From Planctomycetota bacterium (lineage in GTDB: Bacteria > Planctomycetota > UBA1135 > UBA2386), in contig CBDFNI010000010.1 in NCBI GenBank assembly GCA_965250175.1, positions 1,549,637 to 1,613,636 of the forward strand: a stretch of DNA of 64,000 bases. The letters run 5' to 3'. The translations under genes and the position numbers were made by a program. Below the pieces are notes generated by a model. That model searched no databases. It was not told where the DNA came from and saw only the letters and a list, made by a program, of their open reading frames with translations. Below, piece by piece: positions 27,763 to 37,684 of this stretch (position 1 is the first letter of the stretch; the number at the start of each line of letters is the position of its first letter).

Positions 27763-29544
27763 ATGTTCTCCCTGAAAATCTTCGGCAATGTCCTCCGCGG
27801 CAGACTCAATACCCGGCAGCTGCGCTTTGCCGCCGTGCTCGGCACCCTATTGGGCTTCGTCCCCGGCTTTGCCCTGCCCGGCGACCTGGGTGGCGGCTTC
27901 ATGCAGGCACCAGGCCTGATCCTGTTTCTGCTGTTCGGGGTCCTCATCCTCAACTGCAACATGGCGGTATTCAGCCTCACCTTGTTTATGGCCAAGGCAT
28001 GTTCTTTGCCCCTGATGGGGCTGTCCTTCAGCCTTGGGCAGTTCCTCCTGGACGGGCCACTAGGTGGTTTGCTGCAAGGGATGATCAACGCCCCGGTGCT
28101 GGCCTGGTTTGGCCTGGAGTACTACGCCACCACCGGCGGCCTGCTGCTTGGCCTGATCCTCGGTCTTTTGTGGGCAAGCTTCCTCTGCCGCAGCCTGGTT
28201 GCATTCCGCAATAAAATGGCACAGGCGGAAGAGAACTCCGCTGCCTTCCAGAAGTACCGGCAGAAGCGCTGGGTGAAGGTGATGACCTGGGCCTTCATTG
28301 GTGGCGACAAGGGCAAGAAGAGTTACCGGGAACTGTTCGAACAAAACAAGAAGGGCCTGCCCATCCGCGTGCCCGGCGTGCTCTTGGTGCTGGTGCTGAT
28401 CATTGGCCTGTGGTTGTTACAAAGCACCCTATCCGGCCCCCTGCTGCGCACGGCTTTGCGCTCTGGCCTGGAGCAGGCCAATGGTGCCACCGTAGACCTG
28501 GACAAGGCCAGCTGGGACCTGGCAGATGGCAAGGTCACCATACAGGGCCTGGCCATGGCAGACCCCCAGGCTTTGTTCCAAGACCTGTTCCGTTCCTTGG
28601 ATCTGGAACTGGACATGGGTACCACCGCCTTGCTGAGCCGCCGTCTTGTAGTGGACAAGTTGGTAGCCACAAAGGCCCGCAGTGGTGCCAAGCGAGAGAG
28701 CCCCGGCAAGTTGATCGCCGCGGCAGAACCACCACCGCCACCACCAGCAGAAGAGGGCGAAGAGAGCAAGACCCTGGAGGAATACCTGGCCGAGGCCAAG
28801 GTCTGGAAGGAACGCCTGCAACAAATCAGCCGTTGGCTGGAGACCATTGCTGGTTCCGGTGACGGTGAAGAAGAAGACCTGGCCGAAAGCATCCAACACC
28901 AGGTGGAGAAACACGGCTATGCCATGGTGGCCGCCAAGCATCTCATCGACGGCACCCCATCCTTCTTGATCAAGGAACTGGTGATGGAGGGCGTGGTCCT
29001 GGAACAACAGGACGGCAACACGGTGGACATCCGCGCCGAAAACCTCTCCACCCATCCGCACCTGGTGAAAGAGCCCATCAAGTTTTCCATCCAGGACAAG
29101 CAGGGCAACTTTGGCTTGACCCTGACGGTGGCCGCTGGAGGGGAAGGCAAGGTACAAACCCAGTTCTTCATCAAGGGCCTGCCGGCGGATGACATTAGCG
29201 GCCAGTTGAAGACCAAGGCCATGCAGGGTGGCAACATGGACCTGAGCCTGGATGGCGTGGTGGACTGCCAGCACCCGCAAGGTGTGTGGTTGGACAACAA
29301 GCTGCAGGTGCAATTGCACGACACGACGCTGACGGTCATGGGCAAGTCAGAGAAGATCTCCAATCTGAGCCTGCCCCTGGGACTGCGCGGCCCCCTGGCT
29401 TCACCCCGGGTTTCGTTGGACACCAAGGCCCTGCCTGCGGCGCTGCTGGAAGGGCAGAAGGACAAGCTGATAGATGAGGTCGAGAAGAAGGTGGATGAGG
29501 AGCTGAAGAAGCACCTGCCCGGCGGATTGTTCGGCGATAAATGA
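27763..29544 (+). CDS. Membrane protein with a multi-TM N-terminal region (about 190 aa) and a large C-terminal domain; family uncertain.
   Basis: 593-aa ORF with hydrophobic segments in the first ~230 aa, an acidic/Pro linker (EPPPPPPAEEGEESK), then a beta-rich region. From memory it resembles a fusion of the paired TIGR03546 and TIGR03545 families, but this is unverified. The next gene's ATG overlaps its stop (ATGA at 29541-29544). Confidence 0.6.
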   Translation: MFSLKIFGNVLRGRLNTRQLRFAAVLGTLLGFVPGFALPGDLGGGFMQAPGLILFLLFGVLILNCNMAVFSLTLFMAKACSLPLMGLSFSLGQFLLDGPLGGLLQGMINAPVLAWFGLEYYATTGGLLLGLILGLLWASFLCRSLVAFRNKMAQAEENSAAFQKYRQKRWVKVMTWAFIGGDKGKKSYRELFEQNKKGLPIRVPGVLLVLVLIIGLWLLQSTLSGPLLRTALRSGLEQANGATVDLDKASWDLADGKVTIQGLAMADPQALFQDLFRSLDLELDMGTTALLSRRLVVDKLVATKARSGAKRESPGKLIAAAEPPPPPPAEEGEESKTLEEYLAEAKVWKERLQQISRWLETIAGSGDGEEEDLAESIQHQVEKHGYAMVAAKHLIDGTPSFLIKELVMEGVVLEQQDGNTVDIRAENLSTHPHLVKEPIKFSIQDKQGNFGLTLTVAAGGEGKVQTQFFIKGLPADDISGQLKTKAMQGGNMDLSLDGVVDCQHPQGVWLDNKLQVQLHDTTLTVMGKSEKISNLSLPLGLRGPLASPRVSLDTKALPAALLEGQKDKLIDEVEKKVDEELKKHLPGGLFGDK

Positions 29545-30581
29545 ACAGACTGCCCTGCTATCTACTGTTGTTTGCCATTGCGGCCTGCGCTGGCGCCGGC
29601 GGGCAAGTCTCTGATGCCCTTGCACAGGTCAAAGGCATGCTTAGCAAAGAAGAGAAGCAAAGGCTGGTGGGCGAACTGATCGACGCAGCGGAAGGAAACC
29701 AGCCCTATGCTCGCTCCTTGTTGGCCGCCCATCCCGAAATCCTGGATGCGCCCCTGTGGCTGATGGAGGAAACCGCCCTGCACTTCATGGCCGTGGAGGA
29801 CTTCACCAAGGGCGTGAAGTTCCTACTGGAAAACGGCGCTGACCCCAACGTTCCCAGTGGATTTGGCCACACGGCACTCATTGATGTAGCTGGCAATGGA
29901 AATCTGGAGATCGTCAACATCCTCCTAAAATACGGCGCCAACCCTAACGCCACTTCAACAGTGCAGTGCAATGCCCTGCACTGGAGTCTTAATCATAGCG
30001 AAAGCCCCGCAATCATCGACGCGCTGATTGCCGCGGGGGCGGACACCAGTTACGTCACGGACACAGGTGAGAACATCTTTTCCGCATTGCCAGACAAGGA
30101 AGTCCTAGCCACCGCATACCTGGAGGTATTCCGCAAGCATGGACTGATCAAGCGCATCAACGAGGAAGTCTTCAATGGATCTACTCCATTGGTCGAAGCT
30201 ACGCAATTCGACTACCATGGCCTGATGCGAGCCCTACTCAAGGCCGGCGCTGATCCCAACCTGGAAACCAAGAATGGCCTCTACACCCCACTGACACACG
30301 CTGCGCAGTTTGCTTCTTGTAGTGACGTCGGAACCGAAGCCGTCCGCATCCTCTTGCAGGCTGGCGCCGATCCCAACAAGGGATGCAGTGATGGGCTAGA
30401 TTTACCTCTGCACCTTGCTGTGGAAGATGGGAGTGTGGAAGTCGTACGTCTCCTCTTGCAGGCAGGGGCCAAGCCAGGACAGCTAACTGAGTATGACGAA
30501 ACCGCCTACGACAACCTTCCCGATGACCCAGCCAAGGCCAAGGAGATCCTTGCTCTGCTGAAGAAGTTCGACCAGCCCTAG
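29541..30581 (+). CDS. Ankyrin-repeat lipoprotein.
   Basis: The N-terminus MNRLPCYLLLFAIAACAG has a lipobox-like IAAC. There are at least six ankyrin units marked by G-A-D/N-P-N turns: ENGADPNV, KYGANPNA, AAGADTSY, KAGADPNL, QAGADPNK, QAGAKPGQ. Confidence 0.85.
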   Translation: MNRLPCYLLLFAIAACAGAGGQVSDALAQVKGMLSKEEKQRLVGELIDAAEGNQPYARSLLAAHPEILDAPLWLMEETALHFMAVEDFTKGVKFLLENGADPNVPSGFGHTALIDVAGNGNLEIVNILLKYGANPNATSTVQCNALHWSLNHSESPAIIDALIAAGADTSYVTDTGENIFSALPDKEVLATAYLEVFRKHGLIKRINEEVFNGSTPLVEATQFDYHGLMRALLKAGADPNLETKNGLYTPLTHAAQFASCSDVGTEAVRILLQAGADPNKGCSDGLDLPLHLAVEDGSVEVVRLLLQAGAKPGQLTEYDETAYDNLPDDPAKAKEILALLKKFDQP

Positions 30582-32193
30582 GAGTCTGCCCCACGGGATG
30601 AGGAGGAATCCGGCCTCCGATCGCCCTCGAAATCGGGAAAAAGGTTAAGCCCCTGGCCCATCCCTGTACGTATTGAAGGCATGGCGCGCTTCAAAAAGGG
30701 TCAAGATCTCAACCAGCAGTACCTCCTACCCCCGTCAATCCGTGACTGGCTGCCTCAAGACCATCTTGCGTGGTACATCCACGACGCCGTCGAGTCGTTG
30801 GACACAGATGGACTCCTCGACCGCTACCGCATCTGCGGGAGTGGTGAATTGCCTTACGATCCACGGATGATGTTGAGGGTCTTGATCTACTCGTATTGCA
30901 CAGGGGTCTTCTCCTCCCGCAAGATCTCCAAGCACCTCGAAGAAAGCGTGCCTTTCCGGGTGTTGGCAGCTAATCAAATGCCGGACCACCGCACAATCTG
31001 TCGTTTTCGGGCGGAGCATGTCGATTTGTTCGAGAGCTTCTTTGTCCAGATCGTACAGCTCGCTTCTGAGGCTGGCTTGGTCAAGCTCGGCACCGTGGCA
31101 GTGGATGGCAGCAAAGTGAAGGCGAACGCCAGCAAGCGAAAGGCAATGAGCTACTCGCGAATGAAGTCCGAAGAGAAACGACTGCGCGGCGAGATCCGCA
31201 GAATCACCGAGATAGCCAAGGGAATCGACAAGGAAGAGGACGATCTTTTCGGTCCTGACTTTCGTGGTGACGAGTTGCCTGAAGAGCTATCAAACCGGGA
31301 GGGCCGCCTGAAGGCAATCCAGGAGGCAAAGAAGCGCTTGGAGAGACGTAAGGCCGAAGAGGACAAGCAAAAGGACGAGAAGAAGGCTCGCAAGGCCAAG
31401 GAAGAGGGGCGCGAGCTGCAGATGGCTCGCTTTCGGATACATCCCAAGGGCAAGCCACGGCCAAAGGATCAGGAAAACTTTACGGATCCAGATAGCCGGA
31501 TCATGAAGGACTCCAATGGATTCGAGCAGTGCTACAACGCTCAGATTGCTGTCGACAAAACGGAACAACTGATCATCGCCAATGGAGTCACAAACAACGC
31601 TGCGGATAATGATCAACTTCTTCCAATGGCTGAGCAAGCGATGGAGAACTCAGGTAAGCCGATAGAGCGCCTGCTTGCGGACGCGGGCTATCGCAGCGAA
31701 GAAAACTTCGAGCACCTAGAAAACGCCAAGATTGACGGTTTGGTTTCAGTGGGCAAGGAAGGAAAGGAGCGGCCGGAGACCAAACCAGATCTCCAAGCCA
31801 CTGCGCGAATGAAACGGAAACTTGGAACCAAGTACGGACGAGGCTGGTACCGACAACGCAAGCACATCGTTGAGCCGGTCTTTGGCTGGATCAAAAACGT
31901 AAGCGGCTTTCGGTCCTTCAGTATGCGAGGCATGGCAAAGGTGAGCGGTGAGTGGGATCTGATCTGTCTTGCAACCAACTTGAGAAGGCTGCACGGGAAG
32001 CTGGCGCTATGAAAGCCAAGGAAATTGGGCCATTACAGGCCAAGAAGCACTGATCTGACCCTGAAAATCGTCAACGTGGCCCCAGACCCAAAATCCATGT
32101 AGAATCCGTCAATCTGGATTTTCACAGCCCCACTAATCACTTATCCAGCTGCCACCGGGGTAGCGCTAAGTTGACTTTCCGTGGGGCAGACTC
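30582..32193 (+). mobile_element. IS1182-like (IS5 superfamily) insertion sequence, copy A (1612 bp), flanked by CTAG.
   Basis: The terminal inverted repeats are GAGTCTGCCCCACGG at 30582 and its complement ending at 32193. CTAG lies at 30578-30581 and again at 32194-32197. There is a single 443-aa transposase ORF. Confidence 0.85.
30681..32012 (+). CDS. IS1182-like DDE transposase, copy A.
   Basis: 443 aa. The N-terminal segment is LLPPSIRDWLPQDHLAWYI. The central part has AVDGSKVKANAS and a Lys/Glu-rich coiled region. The C-terminal part has LLADAGYRSEENF and EPVFGWIK. The family name is from memory. Confidence 0.85.
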   Translation: MARFKKGQDLNQQYLLPPSIRDWLPQDHLAWYIHDAVESLDTDGLLDRYRICGSGELPYDPRMMLRVLIYSYCTGVFSSRKISKHLEESVPFRVLAANQMPDHRTICRFRAEHVDLFESFFVQIVQLASEAGLVKLGTVAVDGSKVKANASKRKAMSYSRMKSEEKRLRGEIRRITEIAKGIDKEEDDLFGPDFRGDELPEELSNREGRLKAIQEAKKRLERRKAEEDKQKDEKKARKAKEEGRELQMARFRIHPKGKPRPKDQENFTDPDSRIMKDSNGFEQCYNAQIAVDKTEQLIIANGVTNNAADNDQLLPMAEQAMENSGKPIERLLADAGYRSEENFEHLENAKIDGLVSVGKEGKERPETKPDLQATARMKRKLGTKYGRGWYRQRKHIVEPVFGWIKNVSGFRSFSMRGMAKVSGEWDLICLATNLRRLHGKLAL

Positions 32194-32197
32194 CTAG

Positions 32198-33798
32198 GAG
32201 TCTGTCCCACGGGACAGCTGTGAATCCGGCCTCCAATAGCCTCTAAAATCGGAATAATATTAAGCCCTGGGCTCATCCCTGTACGTATTGAAGGCATGGC
32301 GCGTTTCAAAAAGGGTCAAGATCTCAACCAGCAGTTCCTCCTGCCTCCGTCAATCCGCGATTGGCTGCCCCAAGATCATCTTGCGTGGTACATTCACGAC
32401 ACCATTGAGTCGCTTGACACAGATGATCTCCTTGATCGCTATCGCGTCTGCGGCAAAGGCGAGTTGCCGTACGACCCACGGATGATGCTGCGAGTGCTGA
32501 TCTACGCATACTGCACCGGAATCTTCTCTTCTCGCAAGATTGCCAAGCACCTAGAGGAGAGTGTGCCTTTCCGGGTGTTGGCAGCCAATCAGATGCCGGA
32601 CCACCGCACGATTTGTCGGTTTCGGGCAGAGCATGTCGATCTGTTTGAGAGCTTCTTTGTCCAGATAGTGCAACTTGCTTGTGAGGCAGGCTTGGCCAAA
32701 CTTGGCACCGTGGCAGTGGATGGCAGCAAGGTGAAGGCGAACGCCAGCAAACGCAAGGCTATGAGCTACTCGCGGATGAAATCCGAGGAGAAGCGGCTCC
32801 GTGCCGAAGTCCGCAGGATCACCGAGATGGCCAAGGGGATCGACAAGGACGAGGACGAGATGTTTGGTCCCGACTTTCGTGGTGACGAATTGCCCGAGGA
32901 GCTTGCGAACCGGGAGAGCCGCCTGAAGGTGATCCAGGAGGCAAAGAAGCGCTTGGAAGAACGCAAGGCCGAAGAAGACAAGCGAAAGGACGAGAAGAAG
33001 GCCCGCAAGGCCAAGGAAGAGGGTCGTGATCTCCAGGTGGCTCGCTACCGGAAACATCCCAAAGGCAAGCCACGGCCACAGGATCAAGAGAACTTCACAG
33101 ACCCTGACAGTCGGATTATGAAAGACTCGAAGGGGTTTGAGCAATGCTACAACGCCCAGATTGCTGTCGACAATACGGAGCAGTTGATCATCGCGAATGG
33201 AATCACTGACAACGGTGCGGATACGGATCAACTTCTTCCGATGGCCGAGCAAGCGATGGAGAACACCGGCAAGCCGATCGAACGCCTGCTTGCGGACGCA
33301 GGCTACCGCAGCGAGGAAAACTTCGAGCACCTCGAAAACGCCAAGATTGACGGTTTGGTTTCGGTGGGCAAGGAAGGAAAGGCACGACCGGAGACCAGCT
33401 CAGAGCTCCAAGCTACTGCGCGAATGAAGCGAAAACTCGGGACCAAGTGCGGACGGGGCTGGTACCGAAAACGCAAGCACATCGTTGAGCCGGTCTTTGG
33501 TTGGATCAAAAACGTGAGCGGTTTTCGGTCCTTCAGCATGCGAGGTATGGCGAAGGTAAGCGGTGAGTGGGATCTAATCTGTCTTGCAACCAACCTGAGA
33601 AGGCTGCATGGAAAGCTGGCGATGTGAAAACCGAGGGAATCGGGCTATTACAGGCCAAGAAGCACCTCACAATCGTCATCATGGTCCCAGGCCCAAGATT
33701 GATGTAGGATCGGACGATCTGGGTTTTCCCAGCCCCACTAATGACTTATCCAGCTGCCACCTGGGAGACGCTAAGTTGACTTCCCGTGGGGCAGACTC
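32198..33798 (+). mobile_element. IS1182-like insertion sequence, copy B (1601 bp), in direct tandem with copy A and flanked by CTAG.
   Basis: The left inverted repeat is GAGTCTGTCCCACGG at 32198, and the right end ...CCGTGGGGCAGACTC finishes at 33798. CTAG lies at 32194-32197 and at 33799-33802. Confidence 0.85.
32296..33627 (+). CDS. IS1182-like DDE transposase, copy B.
   Basis: It is the same length (443 aa) as copy A. I counted about 41 substitutions by eye, roughly 90% identity. Confidence 0.85.
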   Translation: MARFKKGQDLNQQFLLPPSIRDWLPQDHLAWYIHDTIESLDTDDLLDRYRVCGKGELPYDPRMMLRVLIYAYCTGIFSSRKIAKHLEESVPFRVLAANQMPDHRTICRFRAEHVDLFESFFVQIVQLACEAGLAKLGTVAVDGSKVKANASKRKAMSYSRMKSEEKRLRAEVRRITEMAKGIDKDEDEMFGPDFRGDELPEELANRESRLKVIQEAKKRLEERKAEEDKRKDEKKARKAKEEGRDLQVARYRKHPKGKPRPQDQENFTDPDSRIMKDSKGFEQCYNAQIAVDNTEQLIIANGITDNGADTDQLLPMAEQAMENTGKPIERLLADAGYRSEENFEHLENAKIDGLVSVGKEGKARPETSSELQATARMKRKLGTKCGRGWYRKRKHIVEPVFGWIKNVSGFRSFSMRGMAKVSGEWDLICLATNLRRLHGKLAM

Positions 33799-34890
33799 CT
33801 AGGTGCGCATGCCGCTGTACACCACCACACCCAGCGAGCCAAAGATGATGGTCGGGGTCCAGGCCGCCACCACCGCATGCAGATAACCCTGGTGCCCCAG
33901 GTTCTGGCAGGTCAGGTCCAACAGCAGGTAGCCGGCACAAATGACAATGGCCAGGGCCACCCGTTCAATGCGCCGCCCCCGCTCGAAGTGCACTGCCAGT
34001 GGCAAAGCCAGCAACATCAACACCAGATTCGCCAGCGGGAATGTCACATGCGAATGCAGCGCCAACGTGTAACTGGACTTCCCTGGCCGCATCCGGCGCA
34101 GCTCCTGCAACTCAGTGTAGGAAAGGCCAGAGGCCTCTTTGTCCAACTTGCGTGACTGCCGGATGATGGTTGGCGTCACCTCTGACAAGCCCAGGTACTG
34201 CTCCGGGTCAGAGCGCCCTGCCTTGCCCTTGCGCAGACCGCCCAACAACTCCCAATCCTTCTTCTCCGGATTCCAGGTGGCCGACTTGGCCTGCACCAAT
34301 AGCTCATCCCCTGCCGTGCTCCCCGGGTCATAGAGAACCACATTCTCCATCAGTTCCTTGGAATGCACATAGCGCTCGCAAAAAAGCATCTGCCTCGGGT
34401 TGTCTCGGGACCAGAGCATCACCCGCTTCTGCATCACCTCTGCTGGATCCCCCTTCAGCATCAACTGCAGACTCTCCCGTTGCTCGGAGACATAGGGAAT
34501 CATCGTCTGCCACATCAAGGCCATGGCCAGGGCGGAGAAGAGTCCCAAGGCCATCACCGGCAGCAGGGTGCGGAACATGCTGCGCCCGGTGAAGATCATC
34601 GGCGTCACTTCGTTGCTGGCCATGAAGCGGGTCACCGCAAACATGGATGCAATCACCGTAACGAAGGGGGCAATGGTGACAAACAACGAGGGCAGGGACA
34701 GCAAATGGAACTTACCCAACATGCCCAGCAGGGCAAAGGTGCCAATGTCGTTCTCCTCGGCCGCCGACGTGTACTTATCCATCTCCAGCAGCACATCAAA
34801 TAGTACCGACATGAAGCCGAAGAAGAGCAGCGCCAGCACATAGGCACTCAAGGCGGCGGAACCGACATAGCGATCCAGTTTTCCTAACAT
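33799..34890 (-). CDS. lptG: LptF/LptG-family LPS export permease (second gene of the pair).
   Basis: ATG 34890 gives MLGKLDRYVGSAALSAYVLALLFFGFMSVLFD, a typical YjgP/YjgQ N-terminus. The protein has six hydrophobic segments and a periplasmic middle domain. The track start at 35007 would overlap the upstream gene. Confidence 0.75.
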   Translation of the reverse strand: MLGKLDRYVGSAALSAYVLALLFFGFMSVLFDVLLEMDKYTSAAEENDIGTFALLGMLGKFHLLSLPSLFVTIAPFVTVIASMFAVTRFMASNEVTPMIFTGRSMFRTLLPVMALGLFSALAMALMWQTMIPYVSEQRESLQLMLKGDPAEVMQKRVMLWSRDNPRQMLFCERYVHSKELMENVVLYDPGSTAGDELLVQAKSATWNPEKKDWELLGGLRKGKAGRSDPEQYLGLSEVTPTIIRQSRKLDKEASGLSYTELQELRRMRPGKSSYTLALHSHVTFPLANLVLMLLALPLAVHFERGRRIERVALAIVICAGYLLLDLTCQNLGHQGYLHAVVAAWTPTIIFGSLGVVVYSGMRT

Positions 34891-34900
34891 GTTGGCATGG

Positions 34901-35980
34901 TCAGTAGCGCAGGAAACGCCAGGTGAAGGGTGCTCCCAACAGCACAATGACCGCCGCCGGCAACCATGCCAGCCCTGGCCAATCCCAGTAAAGCAGCAGA
35001 CGCGCACTCAGTACATCGCAGGTGTAGAAAATGCACAGGGGCACCATGCAGTAACTCAGGGCCAGCACCCGACCCCGTTCGCGGGAGAGGATGCCAATGG
35101 AAAAGCCCAGGGACGCCATCAAAAAGGGCATCAGGGCAAAGCAAGCGCGACGGTGCACGGTGAAGCGATCAAACACCGGATTGCGGCGCACGCCCCGGTA
35201 GACCTCCGACAGCAGGCTATCACTTTGCAGGTCCCGCTCATTGGCATGGCGCCGACCGAATTCCTTGTTGCCCAGGGGCAGGGTCAACAGGGTGGAGCCC
35301 ACCCGGAATCCCTCCACCGGCGCAAAGACCGTTTCCAAGTGCAGACCAATGCTGTCCTCCTCTTGGTCCTGCACCACCCAGGCCCGCTCCGCCGTCACCA
35401 GAGTAACTCCCTGGCCAACCGTGCCACCAAACCTGGCAGCGTACTTGGGATCTTTCAAGAAGATCATCACCGTGTGGTAGACCTTGTTCTTGTCCTGGCG
35501 CTTCCAGGTCATGGCACCGGTACTGCCCAGGGAGATCCGGTCCATCTCGGTCATGTGACTGCTCAGCGCCCGCTTCACCACATTGGCCGCCACCCGATAC
35601 TTGTGGTAGTGGGCCCAGGGAATCTGGTAGTGCAAGGCCCAGGTGCCAAAGAGGGAGAAGACCATGCCCACCAAGAGGGCTGCCACCAGCGGCACCCGCG
35701 GGCTGATGCCGGCACTGCGGATGGCGGTGATCTCCCGTTCCTGGGAAGCCCTTGAGAAGGCCATGACACAGCCAAACAACAGGGAGATGGTCAACAGATG
35801 CGGGATGGCATCGGCGGCCAATAAGATCGTGGTCAGCAAGGCATCCAACAGGTTGCCGCCCTGCACCATGCTGATGCCCTTGTAGAGCAGGGCAATCAGG
35901 GCAATGCCAAAGAGGACCAGGAAGGTCAACACAGTGTTGACACTGATCTCGCGCAGATAGTAGCTGTGGATCTTCCACAT
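34901..35980 (-). CDS. lptF: LptF/LptG-family LPS export permease (first gene of the pair).
   Basis: MWKIHSYYLREISVNTVLTFLVLFGIALIALL is a YjgP/YjgQ-type N-terminus. The protein is 359 aa. Confidence 0.75.
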   Translation of the reverse strand: MWKIHSYYLREISVNTVLTFLVLFGIALIALLYKGISMVQGGNLLDALLTTILLAADAIPHLLTISLLFGCVMAFSRASQEREITAIRSAGISPRVPLVAALLVGMVFSLFGTWALHYQIPWAHYHKYRVAANVVKRALSSHMTEMDRISLGSTGAMTWKRQDKNKVYHTVMIFLKDPKYAARFGGTVGQGVTLVTAERAWVVQDQEEDSIGLHLETVFAPVEGFRVGSTLLTLPLGNKEFGRRHANERDLQSDSLLSEVYRGVRRNPVFDRFTVHRRACFALMPFLMASLGFSIGILSRERGRVLALSYCMVPLCIFYTCDVLSARLLLYWDWPGLAWLPAAVIVLLGAPFTWRFLRY

Positions 35981-36074
35981 AGGCGCACCAAGGTAGCCCT
36001 GGAAACATTCCTGTGAACCCTTTTACAAGCGGGGCGAGGAATCTTGCTGGCTCGTGTCATAATCCAGGCAAGCC

Positions 36075-37643
36075 ATGAGCCCGGCAGAACCCAAAACATC
36101 CAGCCAAACCACCATGCGCAGCGCCAAGCTGGAATGCGTCATGGACAGCCAGTGGGCGGCGGTGTTGCAACCTTTGCTGGAGAAGCACAGCCCGGAGGAG
36201 TGGGCCCAGAAGTTGCCGGGCTGGCAAGAGCTGAAGCGCTCCACCGTGCGCCAGGTGTTGCGGGGTGAGATCCCAAACATCCTGGAAGGCCACTCGGAAG
36301 GCCAGCAGACCCTGCCGGTCTACTTGAAACTGTTCCGCGCCGTACGCCTCTCCGACCGAGCCCGAGACTTGCTCAGCGGTTCCCGCTCCATGCGCGAGTT
36401 TCGCAACCTGCAAGAAGCCCAGGCTCGCGGCCTGCCCTGTGTGCAAGCCTTGGCCGCCGGCAGTGTCCGTGGCAGCCTGGGCAGCCGCAGTTTCCTGCTG
36501 ACCCTTGGCCAGGCGGGCCAGGCCTTGGCAAGGGGACCCCTGGAACCCGAACTGGCTTCTAAGGTGGGCGGTCTGTTGCGTCAGGCCCACGACCTGGGTC
36601 TGCACGCGCAAGACCTGCATCCCGGCAACTTGCTGCTGGGAGACGACGGCAGGTGCTACTTGTTGGATCTCACTTCGGCGGCCTTGGCCGATGCCTTGGA
36701 CCAGCAACAGCGAGCCCGGGCCCTGGCCTTCTTCTGCCAGGACTTGGATGGCATGGTGCAGGATCCAGCGGCAGCACCCCTGTTGCAGGCCTACGGCGCC
36801 AGCAATGAACTAAAACATAAGGCCCTGCAAGCGGGCCAGGTGCTGCGCCAACATGCCCTGGCCTCCTTCGGCCGCCGCGCCCTGCGCGCCTGTCGCCACA
36901 CCAGGCTGGAGCGAGGCCACCGCCAACCCCGTTGGTTCTGGCATCAGCCGGCAGCGGAACTCTGGGATCAAGCCCGTCGCTGCCAACAGCAACTGCCAGA
37001 TCTGCCGGCTGAAAAGCAAGGTCGCCGCGGCGCTGTCTTCCTGCATGAAGACCTGGCGGTGAAACAACGCAATGCTGCAGCAGCGCGGCGTTTGTTTGTG
37101 GCCAGCTACCTGCTGCAGTTCACCGGCGTTGCCAGCCCGCAACCGGTGGGCCTGCAAACTTTCAACGGCCAGGGCTGCGTCTTCTGGCGCCGCCTGCCCT
37201 GGCCCAACCTGGAAGCAGAACTTGCCACAGGTATGGCGGCCAAGGACATGCTGGCCTGTGCTGGCAACCTGGGCCAGGCGGTGGGACGCCTGCACGGCTT
37301 TGGCCTGCGCAACCGGGATCTGAAATTCGAAAACCTCTGCCGGGATCCACAGAGCAATAGAATCCTGATGCTGGACCTGGATGGCATCAAGCGCCGCAGC
37401 CTGCATGACATGCGCGGTCGCGCTGCTGACCTGGGCCGCTTGTTGGCCGCCTTCCAAAATGCCGGCGAACTGGTGGGCAACGGCACTCCCTCGGGCAACA
37501 AGCTCATGCTCACCTTCCTCCGCCGCTATATTGAAAGCTGCAAGAACCTATGCCTGCCAACGACCCTACCCCACCTATTGAAACTTACCGTGGCAAACGC
37601 GTCGACGTGGGCCTCCGCCCATCGGAACACCCCCGCTTCCTGA
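36075..37643 (+). CDS. Tandem lipopolysaccharide-kinase (Kdo/WaaP/InaA-type) family protein.
   Basis: Two kinase-like catalytic loops are present: LHAQDLHPGNLLLGDDGRCYLLDL and GLRNRDLKFENLCRD...ILMLDLDG. Confidence 0.7.
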   Translation: MSPAEPKTSSQTTMRSAKLECVMDSQWAAVLQPLLEKHSPEEWAQKLPGWQELKRSTVRQVLRGEIPNILEGHSEGQQTLPVYLKLFRAVRLSDRARDLLSGSRSMREFRNLQEAQARGLPCVQALAAGSVRGSLGSRSFLLTLGQAGQALARGPLEPELASKVGGLLRQAHDLGLHAQDLHPGNLLLGDDGRCYLLDLTSAALADALDQQQRARALAFFCQDLDGMVQDPAAAPLLQAYGASNELKHKALQAGQVLRQHALASFGRRALRACRHTRLERGHRQPRWFWHQPAAELWDQARRCQQQLPDLPAEKQGRRGAVFLHEDLAVKQRNAAAARRLFVASYLLQFTGVASPQPVGLQTFNGQGCVFWRRLPWPNLEAELATGMAAKDMLACAGNLGQAVGRLHGFGLRNRDLKFENLCRDPQSNRILMLDLDGIKRRSLHDMRGRAADLGRLLAAFQNAGELVGNGTPSGNKLMLTFLRRYIESCKNLCLPTTLPHLLKLTVANASTWASAHRNTPAS

Positions 37644-37684
37644 CCCGCCAGCAACGACGCTTGCGCATCGTGAAGCGTTACTTG

